The notes under the pieces: generated by a model
The model's input: only the letters and a program-made list of their open reading frames with translations
The model's database searches: none
Told to the model about the DNA's origin: nothing
Program-made: the position numbers and the translations under genes
Assembly: GCF_020745735.1 (NCBI RefSeq)
Contig: NC_083435.1
Location: 24,179,231 to 24,243,230 of the forward strand
Length of the DNA stretch: 64,000 nucleotides
Reading direction: 5' to 3'
DNA from: Hemiscyllium ocellatum
Lineage: Eukaryota
In this document: positions 35,596-48,699 of the stretch, one piece after another
How positions within the stretch are numbered: position 1 is the stretch's first letter
Layout of the letters: every line of letters begins with the position of its first letter

Positions 35596-35945
35596 GTTGA
35601 ACAGCGGATCCCAGATCCCCAAGTTTGGATCCTGGCTCTTCAAGAGAGACCTTCTCAAGTCGTGTTTCCATCCCGTCCCAGAAATGTGTGCAGTGTCACC
35701 ATCAGAGGGATCCTCACGATGGTTCCTCCCTCACACTTTCTCATCTTCACTGTCTTCAGTGGGTCACTGATTGACCTGAAATGAGGCAACATCCTGAGGG
35801 AACTCAGAGACAGTTTTTATATTGAAAGAAATTGATTTTGCATCTGTCGTTAACAAATTTCAAATGTTATGCAAATCTCTGTACATAAATATCAGTATTA
35901 CATATTCTAATTCTTAGAAAAATATATAAATATTATAAATCTGAG
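35596..35945 (+). CDS. Predicted terminal exon of gene B (GT TGA; stop 35598-35600) plus 3'UTR, 3' end approximate
   Basis: Intact acceptor gtatttccacag| homologous to 2826. Phase-1 joining to the TM exon gives ..WRG*. Splice usage is inferred. Confidence 0.5.
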
Positions 35946-36139
35946 TTATTGTTGAATACTAAAGTCTATCACTACTTATCACCATTGTTTAACTACAATC
36001 TCCAATATGTGTCATTTGTAATCATTAGAAGTTATTTATTGACTTATTGATTTTGATAATTTTTTTTAATGATTTCACAAGAATGATTATATTCATTTAT
36101 ACAGCAGCAGCTTGTGGCAGTTGCTGAGTTCAATTTGGG

Positions 36140-36420
36140 TGGCACAGTGGTTAGCACTGCTGCCTCACAGCTCCAGAAATCCGGGTTCAATTCCCACCTT
36201 CAGTGACTGTGCAGAGTTTGCACATTCTCCCTGTGCCTGCGTGGGTTTCCTCCCACAGTCCAAAAATGTGCAGGTTAGGTGAATTGGCCATGCTAAATTG
36301 CCCATAGTGTTAGGTGAAGGGGTATGTAGGGGAATGTGGCTGGGTGGATGGCAGGTTGGTGTGGACTTGTTGGGCCGAAGGGCCTGTTTCCACACTGTAA
36401 GTAATGAAATGTAATCTAAT
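36140..36420 (+). mobile_element. V-SINE present only in the second duplicate
   Basis: Absent at the equivalent site (~3350-3370) of the first copy. Confidence 0.8.
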
Positions 36421-36519
36421 CAAAGTGAACTGGGGGAGTTAAGATCATATCTATCTGTCTCTATTGTAAAATCCAAATCCCAGATGATAACTCCATACCC
36501 GTCAATACAATCAGGGAAA

Positions 36520-38945
36520 GTCCATTCCCAGAGAGTGGGAACACACATGTGTGAGGGAATGGAGATTGTGTCAGAACCTGATGGAGATTCTGGAGATCGC
36601 TTCCATTCCATCGATATTCCCTGAGGATGTGAGTGTGTCTGGTGGGTTTGATGACCAACATCAGACTTGTACTAAAGGACATAGCTGTGAGACTGGGTCT
36701 GCAGCAGGTGGTGGGGGAACCAACCTGAGGGAAAAACATACTTGATTCCACCTTTCCAATCTGCCAGCTGCAGGTACAAATGTCCATGACAGTATCAGTG
36801 AGAGGGACCATCACACTGTCCTTGTGGGGACAAAGTCCCACTGTCACATTGGGAATAACCTCCATCGTATTGTGTGGTACTATCACTGTGCTAAATGGAA
36901 CAGACTTGGATCAGATCTAGCAGCTCAAGCCTGGGTATCCATGAGGCACTGTGGGCCATCAACAGCATCAGAACCGTACTCCAGCACAATCTGTAACCTC
37001 ATGGCCTGGCATAGTCCCCAGTGAACCATTAACACCAAGCCAGGGATCAACCCTGGTTCAATGGGGAGGGCAGGAGGGCATGCCAGGAGCAGCACGAGAT
37101 GTACCTGAAGATGAGGCGCCAACCTGGTGAAACCACCAAACAGGACGACTTGCATGTCACATAACATAAGCAGCAAGTGATAGACAGAGCTAAGCGATCC
37201 CACAACCAATGGATCCGATCTAAGCTCTGCAGTCCTGCCACATCCAGCCAACTCACTGGAGGCTCCACAAATATTCCCTCTCTCACTGATGGAACAGCCC
37301 ATTACTCCAGTGTGAAAGATAGGCCTGAAGGTTTCACAGCAATCTTCAGTCAGAAGTGTCGACTGAATGATTTATCTCAGCCTCCTCCTGTGGTCCCCAG
37401 CATTACAGATACCAGTCTTCAGCCAATTCAATTCACTCCACGTGACATCAAGAAACACTTGAAGACACTGGGTACTGCAAAGGCTTCAGGCCCTGACAAC
37501 ATTCAGGCAATAGCACTGAAGGGTTGTACTCGAAAACTTGCCACTCCCCTATCCAAACTGTTCCAGTCCAGTTACAACACTGGCATCTACCCAACAATGT
37601 AGAAATTGCCCAGGTATATCTTATACACAAAAAGCAGGACAAACCCAATCTGCCCCATCAATCTTCTCTCGATCATCAGTAAAGGGATGGAAGGGGTCAT
37701 TAACAGTGCTATCAAGCAGCACCTGCTCAGCAATAACCTGCTCAGTGACACCCAGTTTGGGTTCTGTCAGGGTCACTCAGCTCCTGACCTTGGTTCAAAC
37801 ATGGATAAAGGAGCTGAATTCCAGAGGGGAGGTGGGAGTGACAGCCCCTGACATCAAGGCTGCATTCGACCGAGTGTGGCATCATGGAACTCGAGCAGAA
37901 CTGGAATCAATGGGTATTGGGGGAAACTCTCCAGTGGATAGAGTCATACCTGACACATAGGAAGGTGGTCTTGGTTGTTGGAGTTCAGTCATCTCAGCTC
38001 CAGGATATCTCTGCAGGAGTCCCTCAGCATGGTGTCCTAGGCCCAACCATCTTCAGCTGCTTCATCAATGACTTTCCCTCCATCATAAGGTCAGACATGG
38101 GGATGTTTGGAGTGATTGTACAATGTTCAGCACTATTTGCATCTCCTCAGACACTGAAGCAGTCCATGTTCAAATGCAACAAGATCTGGACAATATCCAA
38201 GCTTGGGCTGACAAGTGGCAAGTAACATTTGTGCCACACAAATGCCAAGTTATAACCATCACCAACAAGAGACAATCTTACCACCAGCCCTTGGCATTCA
38301 ATGGTGTTACCATCACGGAATCCCCCCCAATGTCAACAGCCTGTGAGTTATCATTGATCAGAAACTCAGTTGGACTCACCACATAAATGCAGTGTCTACA
38401 AGAGCAGGTCAGAGGCTGGGGATACTGCAGCAAGTAACTCGTCTCCTGATTTCCCAAAGCCTGTCCACCAACGACAAGACACAATTCAGGAATGTGGTGG
38501 AATGCTCCCTGCTTGCCTGGATGTGTACAGCCAACTCAACACTGAAGAAGCTTGACACCATCCAGGACATAGCAACCCAACTGATTGGCACTGCATCCAC
38601 CAACATCCAGTCCCTCCATCACTGACACTCAGTTACAGCAGTGTTTGCTATCTACAGAAATTCATCAAAGATCCTTAAACAGAGCCTTCCAAACCCACAA
38701 CCACCTCCATCTGGAAGGTCAAGGTCAGCAGATATATGGGAACACCACCACCTTCACGTTCCCCTCCAAGCCACTCACCATCCTGACTCGGAAATATATC
38801 ACCATTACTTCACTGTCGCTGGTCAAAATCCTGGATTTCCCTCCCTCATGGCATTGTGGGTCAACCCACAGGAGGCAGACTGCAGCAGGTCAAGAAGGCA
38901 GATCACCACCACCTTCTCAAGGGCAACTAGGGACGGGTAATAAAT
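36520..38945 (+). mobile_element. Duplicate of the CR1/L2-group LINE at 3480-5890
   Basis: Near-identical ORF translations (e.g. 4111-4536 vs 37177-37602). Confidence 0.88.
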
Positions 38946-39827
38946 GCTGGCCAGTCAGAGACACCCACATCCCACAAAAACTGAATCAATACAAAAACTG
39001 GGGGAGGGTTGATACATGGTTATGGTCTCTGGAGCTGGAATCCAGTGACCAAAGTATCATTCCAGAATGAGAAGCCCCTTCTCCTCCAGGGAGTTGTTCA
39101 ATTTTCACACCTGGATGTGACAGGACAGCAGAGCTTCGATCTTATCTATCGATTGTGGAATCACTAAGTTCTGACTCTGCTCCCTCTGCTGTCTACTGCA
39201 CGATCAGTCCTGATCTGTCACTTCACTGACCAACGCCATCACTTACAAGTTCCCCTCCAAGCCACTCACCATCCTGACTTGGAAATATATTGCACTTCCT
39301 TCACTGTCACTGGGTCAAAATCCTGGAATTCCCTCCCGAATGACATTGTGGGTCTCCCACCAGCACATGAACTGCTGCTGTTCAGGAAGGTACCTCACCC
39401 CCACCTTCTCAAGGACAGTTAGGGATGGGAAATAAATTCCAGCAGCCAGTGATTCCCACGTCTCTCCACTGAATTAAAAAAGACATAATTTTTCATCTCT
39501 GCCTGGTCCTGCTCCTGTGATCCCTCCCACGTTCCTCATTGAACCGGGGTTGGTCCCCTGCCTTGGTGGTAATGAGAGACTGGGGGTTGGGTTGAGCCAT
39601 GAGGTGACAGTTTGTATTGGATGGCAGTTCTGCTGGTGTTGATGACCCACAGGACCTCATGGACACACAGTCTTCATCTGCTCGACCTGTTCACATCCCA
39701 CAGGAGGGGAGGGGGTGGGGATGCCATGAGGTTTAATGGGGAAATATGTTCTCACAAGATGGTTATTGGTAAGAGCAGGGTGCAATGAAAGGGTGCAGTG
39801 TATCGTGCTCCACCCCCAACCCCCCTC

Positions 39828-39828
<1 letters not shown>

Positions 39829-39894
<66 letters not shown>
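39829..39894. repeat. (AC)n microsatellite
   Basis: Directly visible; no equivalent run in the first duplicate. Confidence 0.95.
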
Positions 39895-39896
<2 letters not shown>

Positions 39897-40902
39897 CTCT
39901 CTGCACCTGACTCTCACCATCAAGCCCCACACACTGCGTTCTCTGTATGTGAGTCATACCACCAGACCCCACACCAGATTCTCTGTAATTAAACGATCCA
40001 ATCGAATCTGAAATAAATACTTTCCACATACACCACAGGCGCCAACCTGACTCTCTGTAATTAATCCACTCCATGTTCCCTCACATTAATCTCTCTGTCA
40101 GGTTTAGTTCATTGATCACTGACTGGGTGAAGAATCTCTCTCACTATAACTGTGTCTTCCTGTTCTGAATCTCTCTGTTTAGTTTAAAACCGATCTCAGA
40201 TTTCCCTTTTCCAGACTGTTTAATGCCTTATAAATCCCATCAGGTGCTTCCTTTCCTGGTAGAATAGCCCAATTCTCTTTGCCACCTGACCCAGAACCTT
40301 GAGCCTGGGGGTGAGCCTGGGTGTTTCTTTCTCTGCACTCCCCCCTTCCACATTCCCTCCTCCCCCAGGGTCTGAGTGTCTCCCTGTGACTGTGTCCTCA
40401 ATTAGACTCAGTACCAGGAAGAACACCAGGGTCCATGGGATTCCCAGCCAGCCGAGGGTTAGCAGTGACTGATACTGACCTGTGACCCATGACCCAGGGT
40501 GACACCATGCCTCAGTGGTTAGCACTGCTGCCTCACAGCTCCAGGGACCAGAGTTTGATTCCAGCCTTGGGTGACTGTCTGTGTGGAGTTTCCCTGAGTC
40601 TGCATTGGGTTCCTCCGGGTGCTCCAGTTTCCTGCCACAGTCGAACAGGGGCACCTTGGGTAGATTGGCCTTGCTCAGTTGGCCACAATGTCCAGGGATG
40701 TGCATGTGGAATAGCTATGGAAAATGCAGGGTTACGGAATAGAATAGATTGGTGGGTCTGGGTGGAAAAATCTTGAGAGGGTCAGTGTCGACTCAATGGG
40801 ATGTATGGCCTGTTTCCACACTGTACGGATTCTATGATTCATGAATGGCCTTTAATCTCTCAGTTCCCAGAGAGAGAATGGAAAGCTGAATTCTGTACTC
40901 AT

Positions 40903-41148
40903 CGGGAGAGACTGAAGAGAAACACAGGGTGGGAAAGGAAAGGATCAGCAAGATTCTGGGAATACACTGTCCCTAATCCAATCAAGGACTGGGAATTAAA
41001 CACACTGAGGGGAACCAGCTTCTGTTTACAAACTGGAAAAACCAGTAATACAACAATCTTTGGAGACTGTATCCTATTTGTTGAGAAATTTGATCCATTG
41101 TTTGATGTGAAGCTGCAGAAGCACAAAAATGGAACAAGTGCAAAGTGA
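40903..41148 (-). pseudogene. Second inverted dead class I promoter plus leader exon (leader 40954-40903)
   Basis: 52 nt like the functional leader: ATC TTG CTG ATC CTT..TCT CCC G|atgagt (ILLILSFPTLCFSSVSP). ATG changed to ATC and GT to AT. Confidence 0.8.
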
Positions 41149-41157
41149 TACCCAGTC

Positions 41158-43048
41158 AGGTAATCGCCAACCGGGTCAGGTCTGCTCTGGGGTCGGTGAT
41201 TCACCCTGACCAAACCTGTGCTGTGCCGGGCAGGAAGATCGCTGAGAGTCTCGCACTCCTCAGAGATACGATCGCCTACGTGCAGGACAGAGGGTTGGAC
41301 GCCTGCCTGATCAGCCTGGACCAGGAGAAAGCCTTTGACAGGATATCACACAGGTATATGAGAGATGTTCTCTCCAAAATGGGCTTTGGGGAGGGATTCT
41401 GCAATTGGATCAGACTGCTCTACACCAACATTGTCAGTGCAGTCTCAATCAATGGGTGGGAATCAGATAGCTTCCCTGTCAGATCTGAAGTCAGGCAGGG
41501 CTGCCCTCTCTCTCCTGCCTTGTTTGTGTGCTGCATAGAGCCATTTGCCGAGTCCATCAGGAAGGATGCGAGCCTGAGAGGGGTGACTATTCCGGGCAGC
41601 GGGGGCCTGCAGGTTAAGGCCTCCCTGTACATGGATGACGTCGCAGTTTCTGCTCAGATCCGCTGTCCATACGCAGACTCATGTGCATATGTGACCAGTT
41701 TTGGTGGAGCTGGGGTGTGCGCCAAGTCTTGGGAGGAGCGTATCAGCAAAGTGAGGCAGAAACTGGGCAGATGGAAGCTACGGTCGCTCTCCATCACGGG
41801 AAAAAACCTGGTCATCAGGTGTGAGGCACTGTCATTGCTGTTATATGTGGCACAGGTCTGGCCTATTCCCAGAACCTGTGTCGCTGCAGTCACCTGGGCC
41901 ATCTTCCAGTTTATATGGAGATCAAAGATGGACCGGGTCCGAAGGGACTCGCTGTATGAAGATCTGGGCAACGGGGGAACAAATACACCCAATGCCACCC
42001 TCACCCTGATGGCCACCTTTGTGTGTGGCTGCATCAAGCTGTGCATGGATCTCTGGTACGCAAACACCAAGTGTCACTACGTACTAAGGTTCTACCTGTC
42101 CCCGGTGTTGCGAAGGATGGGCCTGGCCTCGCTGCCGCGGAACGCTCCAAGTAGTTGGACTGTTCCGTATCACCTGTCCTTTCTGGAGAAGTTTATGAAG
42201 AAAAACACCTTTTGACCACGAGTCCATCATGAAGTGGTCAGCACGTAGCGTCCTTGAGACATTTCGGGAAAAGGAGAGGGCAGATCCTATCGAGCGGTTC
42301 TCTGAGCAGACTGTCAAAGCCATTTGGCAGAATGCCTCATCGCCAGAACTTTCCAACAAGCACCAAGGCATGGCTTGGCTGGTGGTGAGAAGGGCTCTGC
42401 CTGTGAGATCCTTTATGTACGCCCGGACTCTCAGCCGCACCGCACGCTGCCCTCGAAGCGGCTGCGGGGGGGAAGAGACTGTCACACACCGCCTTCTGGA
42501 ATGAGCCTATGCAGAGGAAGTCTGGAGAGGAATGCAGTGGTGTTTGTCGAGGTTCGTCCCGAGCAGCGCTGTGACGCGGGACTCCGTGCTCTACGGCCTG
42601 TTCCCCGGGACGCACACCGAGACGTACATCAACTGTGCCTGGAGGATCATCAACTCGGTGAAGGACGCTCTCTGGGCGGTCCGAAACCTGTTGATCTTCC
42701 AGCTGAAGGAGTTGACCCCGACTGAGTGTTGCAGACTGGCACATTCCAAGGTCCAGGACTACGTGTTGAGGGATGCGCTGAAGCTTGGGGCAGCTGCTGC
42801 CAAGGCGCGGTGGGGAAAGACCACCGTGTAACATCTGCCTGCCTAAGGAAGAACAGGGGGCCTGCGCAGTCACTTGGGCTCTGCTGATACCTCAGCTCAA
42901 TATGTAATTGTACAGACCTGTAAATAGGAATGATTACTCTGTTTCGGTATGCATACAAATGGAATGTTTACAAATGTGTCGCATGTCCAACTGTACAGAT
43001 CATCAAAGTATTTTATGGATAAAGTATATTTTTGAAATAAAAGAAATC
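41158..43048 (+). mobile_element. 5'-truncated Tx1/L1-clade non-LTR retrotransposon
   Basis: RT (LDQEKAFDR, QGCPLSP, YMDD) in 41145-42215, C-terminal CPRSGCG..H zinc motif, stop at 42831, A-rich tail, 8-bp TSD acccagtc (41150-41157, 43049-43056). Absent from the first duplicate. Confidence 0.92.
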
Positions 43049-45543
43049 ACCCAGTCCCAGTGACGGGGAAGCTCCAGCACAGCCAGGCTGAGGTTTTGGC
43101 TCTGAGCCAGTAAGGTTGGGGCTGAGAAGAGGCCTCCCCTCCCCCACCAGCTCAGGAGCATCAGGACATCACTAGGACCCTGGGATCCCCCTCTCATAGT
43201 AAACATATGGCTCACTCCTTCCAACTGGGGGAGGAGACGGTACATCGGGATTGTCCTGGAGCAGGAATCCAGCAACCCAAGTGGAACCTCCTCCTCCTAC
43301 ATTGAGTTGTTGAATGACCATGACTGGATGTGGTCGGACAGCCGATCTGATCTGTTGGTTGTGGAATCACTGAGCTCTGTCTCTGCTGCTCCTGTTGTTT
43401 GCTGCACACCTCGGCCTGTTCTGTAGCTTCACCGAGGAACACCATCATCTACAAGTTCCCTCAAAGCCACTCACCATCCTGACCATCCATTCCTTCACTG
43501 TCACTGGCTCCAAATCTTGGAATTCCCTCCCTCCCTAATGACCTTGTGGGTCTGCCTCCAGCACATGGAATGCTCCATGAGGTTCACTGAGGAGATGGGT
43601 TCTCCCATGACTGCAGGGAACCAGCTGAATCTCCATGCTGGATTCTCTGTACTGGACTCTCACTATCAGCTCCCATACTGGATCCTCTGGAACTAAACGT
43701 CCCACACCACTCTCTGTCATTAATCCACTCCATGAAGCCCCCACACCACACTCTTCGTTTCTCTCTTTGTACTCCCCTCCCTCCCCCAGGGTCTGAGTAT
43801 CTCCCCTGTGACTGTGTCCTGAACTAGACTCAGTACCAGGAAGAACACCAGGGTCCATGGGATTCCCAACCAGCCCAGGGTTAGCAGTGACTGATACTGA
43901 CCTGTGACCCATGAATGGCCTTAACTCTCCCAGGTCACATTGAACTGACCCTCAACAACTGCTGATACAAGGACCCACAAGCTGCTGAGTGAAAATCTCG
44001 TGAAATTATTAGCAATGAATTCAATTAACAACGAACAATTATTTATTGATGACTAACCACAATTAACAGCATTTATGGTCAGTTTAATAATATAAATAGG
44101 AAAAGATTGTTTTCCTATTTGCATATTTACTGTCTAAAAATTGTAAAAAAAATGTCCACATTGGATCCAATTTGCATGACACAAAGTACAAAGTCGGTCA
44201 CATCCTTTCAGTGCAGTCTGCGGCTCTCAGAGCTGCCTCACTACATTTATAATGGTTGGTTATATTTTACAATATACACGGTACGCATCCTTCATATTAT
44301 TGGAGACTACTAGGATGAGGCAAATTGCAGACCTAACATCGAAACATCACCTTTCACATTAGCTTAGGGGCAGCGGGTCTGATTTACAATCCAGCTGTTG
44401 TTTGTCTCAGCAATGGTAAGCACATCACACCCTCTAAAATATATCTAAGCAACAACAATATCTTGCATTTATATAGTATCTTTGATGAAGTAGACACTTC
44501 AGAAGAATAATTAGCAAACACAATTTAAGACCAAATCACTTAAGCAGCTACTCGGTGATGTTGATGAAACCATTGTTGATGAATGTTTCTGAATTATTCC
44601 AATGCGGAATGGCCAGTAAATGCTGGCCCAGCTGTTGATGCCCTCATCCTGTGAATGAAGCTTTTTTAAAAAAAGATCAGGTGACTGCATGCTTAGTCAC
44701 AGAGATGGTTTTAGAGCATCTTAAAACAAGATAGGAAGAGGTAGAGATGTTCAGGAAGGGCATTCCCTCCTTCAGGGTCCAGTGAGTTGGAGAGACACAC
44801 ATTGTTGGTGGAGGAATTAAGACAGAGGCAACTTGAAGAAGCCAGATTTGGAGGAGTACAGAGACCCTGAAGGGTTGTGGGCTTGAGGATGTTACGGAGA
44901 CAGGGACAAGTGAGACCATGGAGGGGTTTTAAAACATGTATGAAAATGTTCAAAATCAAGGCATTGTTTAACTGGGAGCGATCATGGCCCAGTCACCAAG
45001 GTGGAGTGGGGAAATAAGATGTTCACTAATGAAGTGATGTTTGGCATGAAGCATGAGTTTGAAAACATATTAAACACCTAATACTCAAATCGTATTGTGA
45101 AACATTACTTGGTAAAGTGAGACACCCATCCTCCAGTTACTCTTTGTGGAGATTTAACCAAGAATTTAGTTGTTATTAAAGGTTACATGAAGTTGGATTA
45201 AATCTCAAGGATTTTACATTGTGTATTTTCAATCAAACTAGAATTAGGTTTATTGTCTTGTGTATTCAAGTTACAAAAGACCAGGAGTACAGTGAAAAGT
45301 GTACAATATCACCAACACACTGCGCCAGCTTAGATACAAACCTTAGTACAAAAAAAAGAGAAAATAAAAAAAGTTATACTGCATTAGAGATATACATAAT
45401 ATAAATCAGGAAAATACAAAACAAAGCTAATAAGATAGACATTAGTCTTTCCACAAGGACTTTCCACTGGTTACCAACCAGTACCCATCGTTGCTCTGGA
45501 CTACTGGCCTCCTCACTCTAGAGATGCTGGTTGCCCCTGCCCT

Positions 45544-45690
45544 GGGCCCACTGGCTACTGTCCCCACTTCACTCTGGGCTGCTGGCATCCCCACTGTGGG
45601 CCCACTGGCTACTGTCCCCGCTTCACTCTGGGCTGCTGCCATCCCCACTGTGGGCCCACTGGTTGCCCCTGTTCTTGGCCCACTGGCTGC
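45544..45690. repeat. 54-bp tandem repeat, about 2.5 units
   Basis: gggcccactggctactgtcccc(a/g)cttcactctgggctgctg(g/c)catccccactgt repeated. Confidence 0.8.
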
Positions 45691-47307
45691 CAGCCCAGAG
45701 TGAGGTGGGACAGCAGTCAGCAGGCTAGGAGCTGGGGTGACTAGCTGCATGGTCATTGTCTAACACGTGTCAGCGGGATGATACTTGCTACTTAATAGTA
45801 GATGTTGGGATCGTGTCCAGGCCTTGCTGCATTTTGACTGCTTAATATCTGAAAAGTCATGAGTTGTGCTGAATATTGTGCATCCCCACCTCTGTCCTTA
45901 TGATGGGGTGGGGGAGGGAGATCATTGACAAAACAGCTGGAGATGGTTGGGCGAAGTACACCACCCTGAAGAACGCATACAGTGATGTCTTCTGGATTTG
46001 GTGAGTGATTCTTAACAATTACAATCATTATTTATTGTGCTGGATATGTCTCCAACCAGTGGGGAGTTTTCCCCGATTCCTATTGACTAGTTTAACTGGG
46101 CTCATTAAGGTTACACTTGGTCAAATAAAACACTGAAATCATTGTCAGCCATCCTTACTTTCCCTCTTGAATTTTCTTTTGTCCATTTTGTCCCAAGGCT
46201 GGAATGACATTAGGAGGTGAATGGGCCAAGTGCAACCCAAACTGAGTGAGAAGGTTATTGTGGAGTCAGTGCCACTTGATGGCATTGTCAATGACATGTT
46301 TTATAGCTTTGCTGATGATTGAGAGTAGACTAACAGGGTGGAAAGAGGTTGGCTTGGATTTTTGTGTACAGGACCCAACTGGATGATTTTCCACATTCTT
46401 GGTAGATACTAATGTTGTAGCTGCACTAGATCAGCTTGGCTAGGTGCATGGCTCATTCTGGAGCCTTAGTCTTCACTACTGTTGCTGGAATATTGTCTGG
46501 GCATAAAACTTCGATGGTATCCAGTGCCAAGATCATTCACTTGGCATGTCTAGCCAAAGAAAATGCTTCCACCTTATTAAAGGAACAACAAAAACTGTGG
46601 ATGACATCTACATTCAGACAATTTGATTTAAGTGACCTGGATTCTTCAAATCATATGAGTGGTGAGCACAATTGAGGCAAGTGATAAATTGTTCACAAAA
46701 TTGGGTTTAAGTGCCTTTGGATGGTGGCTCTTATCAAAAGGGGGATTGTTCAGGTAGCCATGACTGAGCAGCACAAAACAGCCAATGACTGCAGCTGAGT
46801 GAAACAGCAGAACATGGCTGACAGTTGTCTTAGAGATCTTGGAAAAATATTTGCTGAATGTAGCCTGCACAACCTAGTAGCTCTGTGGACCCAAGGTACC
46901 AGAACTGAGATAGAATATGCAGCTGCAGTTATTTAACCATAAGACATAGATAAGAAATTTTAATACTACATTTAATTAGTGAGTCCGTACTAAATTATTT
47001 AATCAATCTGTTACAATACTAATAGTAGGTTTTCGTTAAGATCCTTCAAATAATCATCGGTATGGATTCTGAGGTAGTTATATATTCATCTATATACCAA
47101 AAAAAAAACACTAAAAGCATTAAGGGGAAAGATCCAAATAAAATCATGAGGGAAAACCAGTTTCAGAAAGTAAAAGCAGCCTCTATATCATTACAGGGAG
47201 AACAGGTACAGAAACTAGAATGCAGGTTAAATGAACATATTGTCAGACACCCAAGGGTAAAGATCAGGGTGTCTCATAATCACGGTGAGAAAGAAACTGC
47301 TTTTTGA

Positions 47308-47540
47308 CTGTGTGGAGTTTGCACGTTCTCCCCGTGTCTGCGTGGGTTTCCTCCGGGTGCTCCGGTTTCCTCCCTCAGTCCAAAGATGTGCAGGTCAGGT
47401 GAATTGGCCAAGCTAAAGTGCCCATAGTGTTAGGTAGGGGGTAAATGTAGGGGTATGGGTGGGTTGCGCTTCGGCGGCTCGGTGTGGACTTTTTGGGCCG
47501 AAGGGCCTGTTTCCACACTGTAAGTAATCTAATCTAAACT
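47308..47540 (+). mobile_element. V-SINE (5'-truncated); further copies at ~52470-52770 and ~55495-55800
   Basis: Core tgtgtggagtttgcacgttctcccc, tail gggcctgtttccacactg(taag)taatctaatct. Confidence 0.85.
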
Positions 47541-48699
47541 CAGTAGCTAAAGAATTCTAACATTAGGTGTAACTCAGTAACCAAAGAATGTTAACATTAG
47601 GTGGAAACCATATAACTTCATTGCAACTGATATTATAACAACTAGTAAAAAATCTTTTTTGCATTTCATGTAATGAGGTTAATGAGGAACTTAAAAAGTC
47701 CTTAAGTGACAGGTGAATATCCAATTAATTTACAGTTAACATGGCACTGCTGACAAATATCTGGGCGGGAATGTACTTGAATACAGTGCCCATTGTGAAA
47801 AGTCCCAAGAAGGGAGTGAGGAGAGTCTGGGAAACATCATGAGACCATGGAGGACTGGTAGCTGCCCACAAGCATGTCCATCTCTCGCTGTTTACACAGA
47901 CAATTACCTTAATTGAAAATATATGTAATTAATTAACGATTAGTTTGTAAGCGTTAAAGGCCGGATGAAACAAATGTATAAAAATGTATATTGTCCTTTG
48001 TTAGTGAAGACTTCTTTGGATTTTCAGCTGTTTCTTTTCCCTCAATGGAATAAACTCTTTGGTGCTGGCAGTGAACTCCTGGGTGTCGAGTGAATCATTT
48101 GATCATTCCAACCCGACACTAGAAATCTGAAACAAATATAGAAAATATTGGATATGTTCAGCTGAAGTCAACAGGATCTGTGCAGCAAGAAAAACAACAT
48201 TGACTAATGGTGTTGATTACCTTTCAACAGAAATGGAATGGAATATTGATGGTGAACAAAAGTCTAAGTTTTCAGCTTTGGAGGTTATGTCAACACTAGT
48301 GAATACCTGCCCTCCAATCTTCCAGCACCTCACCCACGGCTAACAATGATGCAAAAATATCAGCCAGGGTTGATATTTCGGTCTTTGTTTCAGATTGCTG
48401 AGGAATTCAGTCTGGTTCTGTGGCACGTGGAACCTGGTCAAGCTGGATGGGTGAAAGCCTCATGGGACCTGACCCAATATTCTCTCAGAGATTTGTTCCT
48501 GCTGGTAAGGTGGTTTAAACCCACCCCTATCAGGGAAAGGAAACTTGAGGGGTAACCCAAATTAGAAAGCAGTGAAGATGGTAAAAGGATATCAAAAAGA
48601 TTCTTGGGAGAATAGCAGGTAGGAGAACAAAGTAGAGCACTGATTAAGGTTTGAAAATAGAATGATGTCAAAAATCCAAAGTTAAAGGCACTTGACCTA

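Noticed and set aside
39657-40074. CVCV/THTH ORFs
   Set aside because: Translations of the (AC)n microsatellite.
45442-45756. Repetitive ORFs as a mucin-like or antifreeze-like gene
   Set aside because: Only about 2.5 units of a 54-bp repeat, open on both strands, with no supporting splice structure.
47751-48118. Solo LTR (TG..CA, TATA-like gtataaaa, AATAAA)
   Set aside because: No target-site duplication and no second copy in the window; boundaries are arbitrary.
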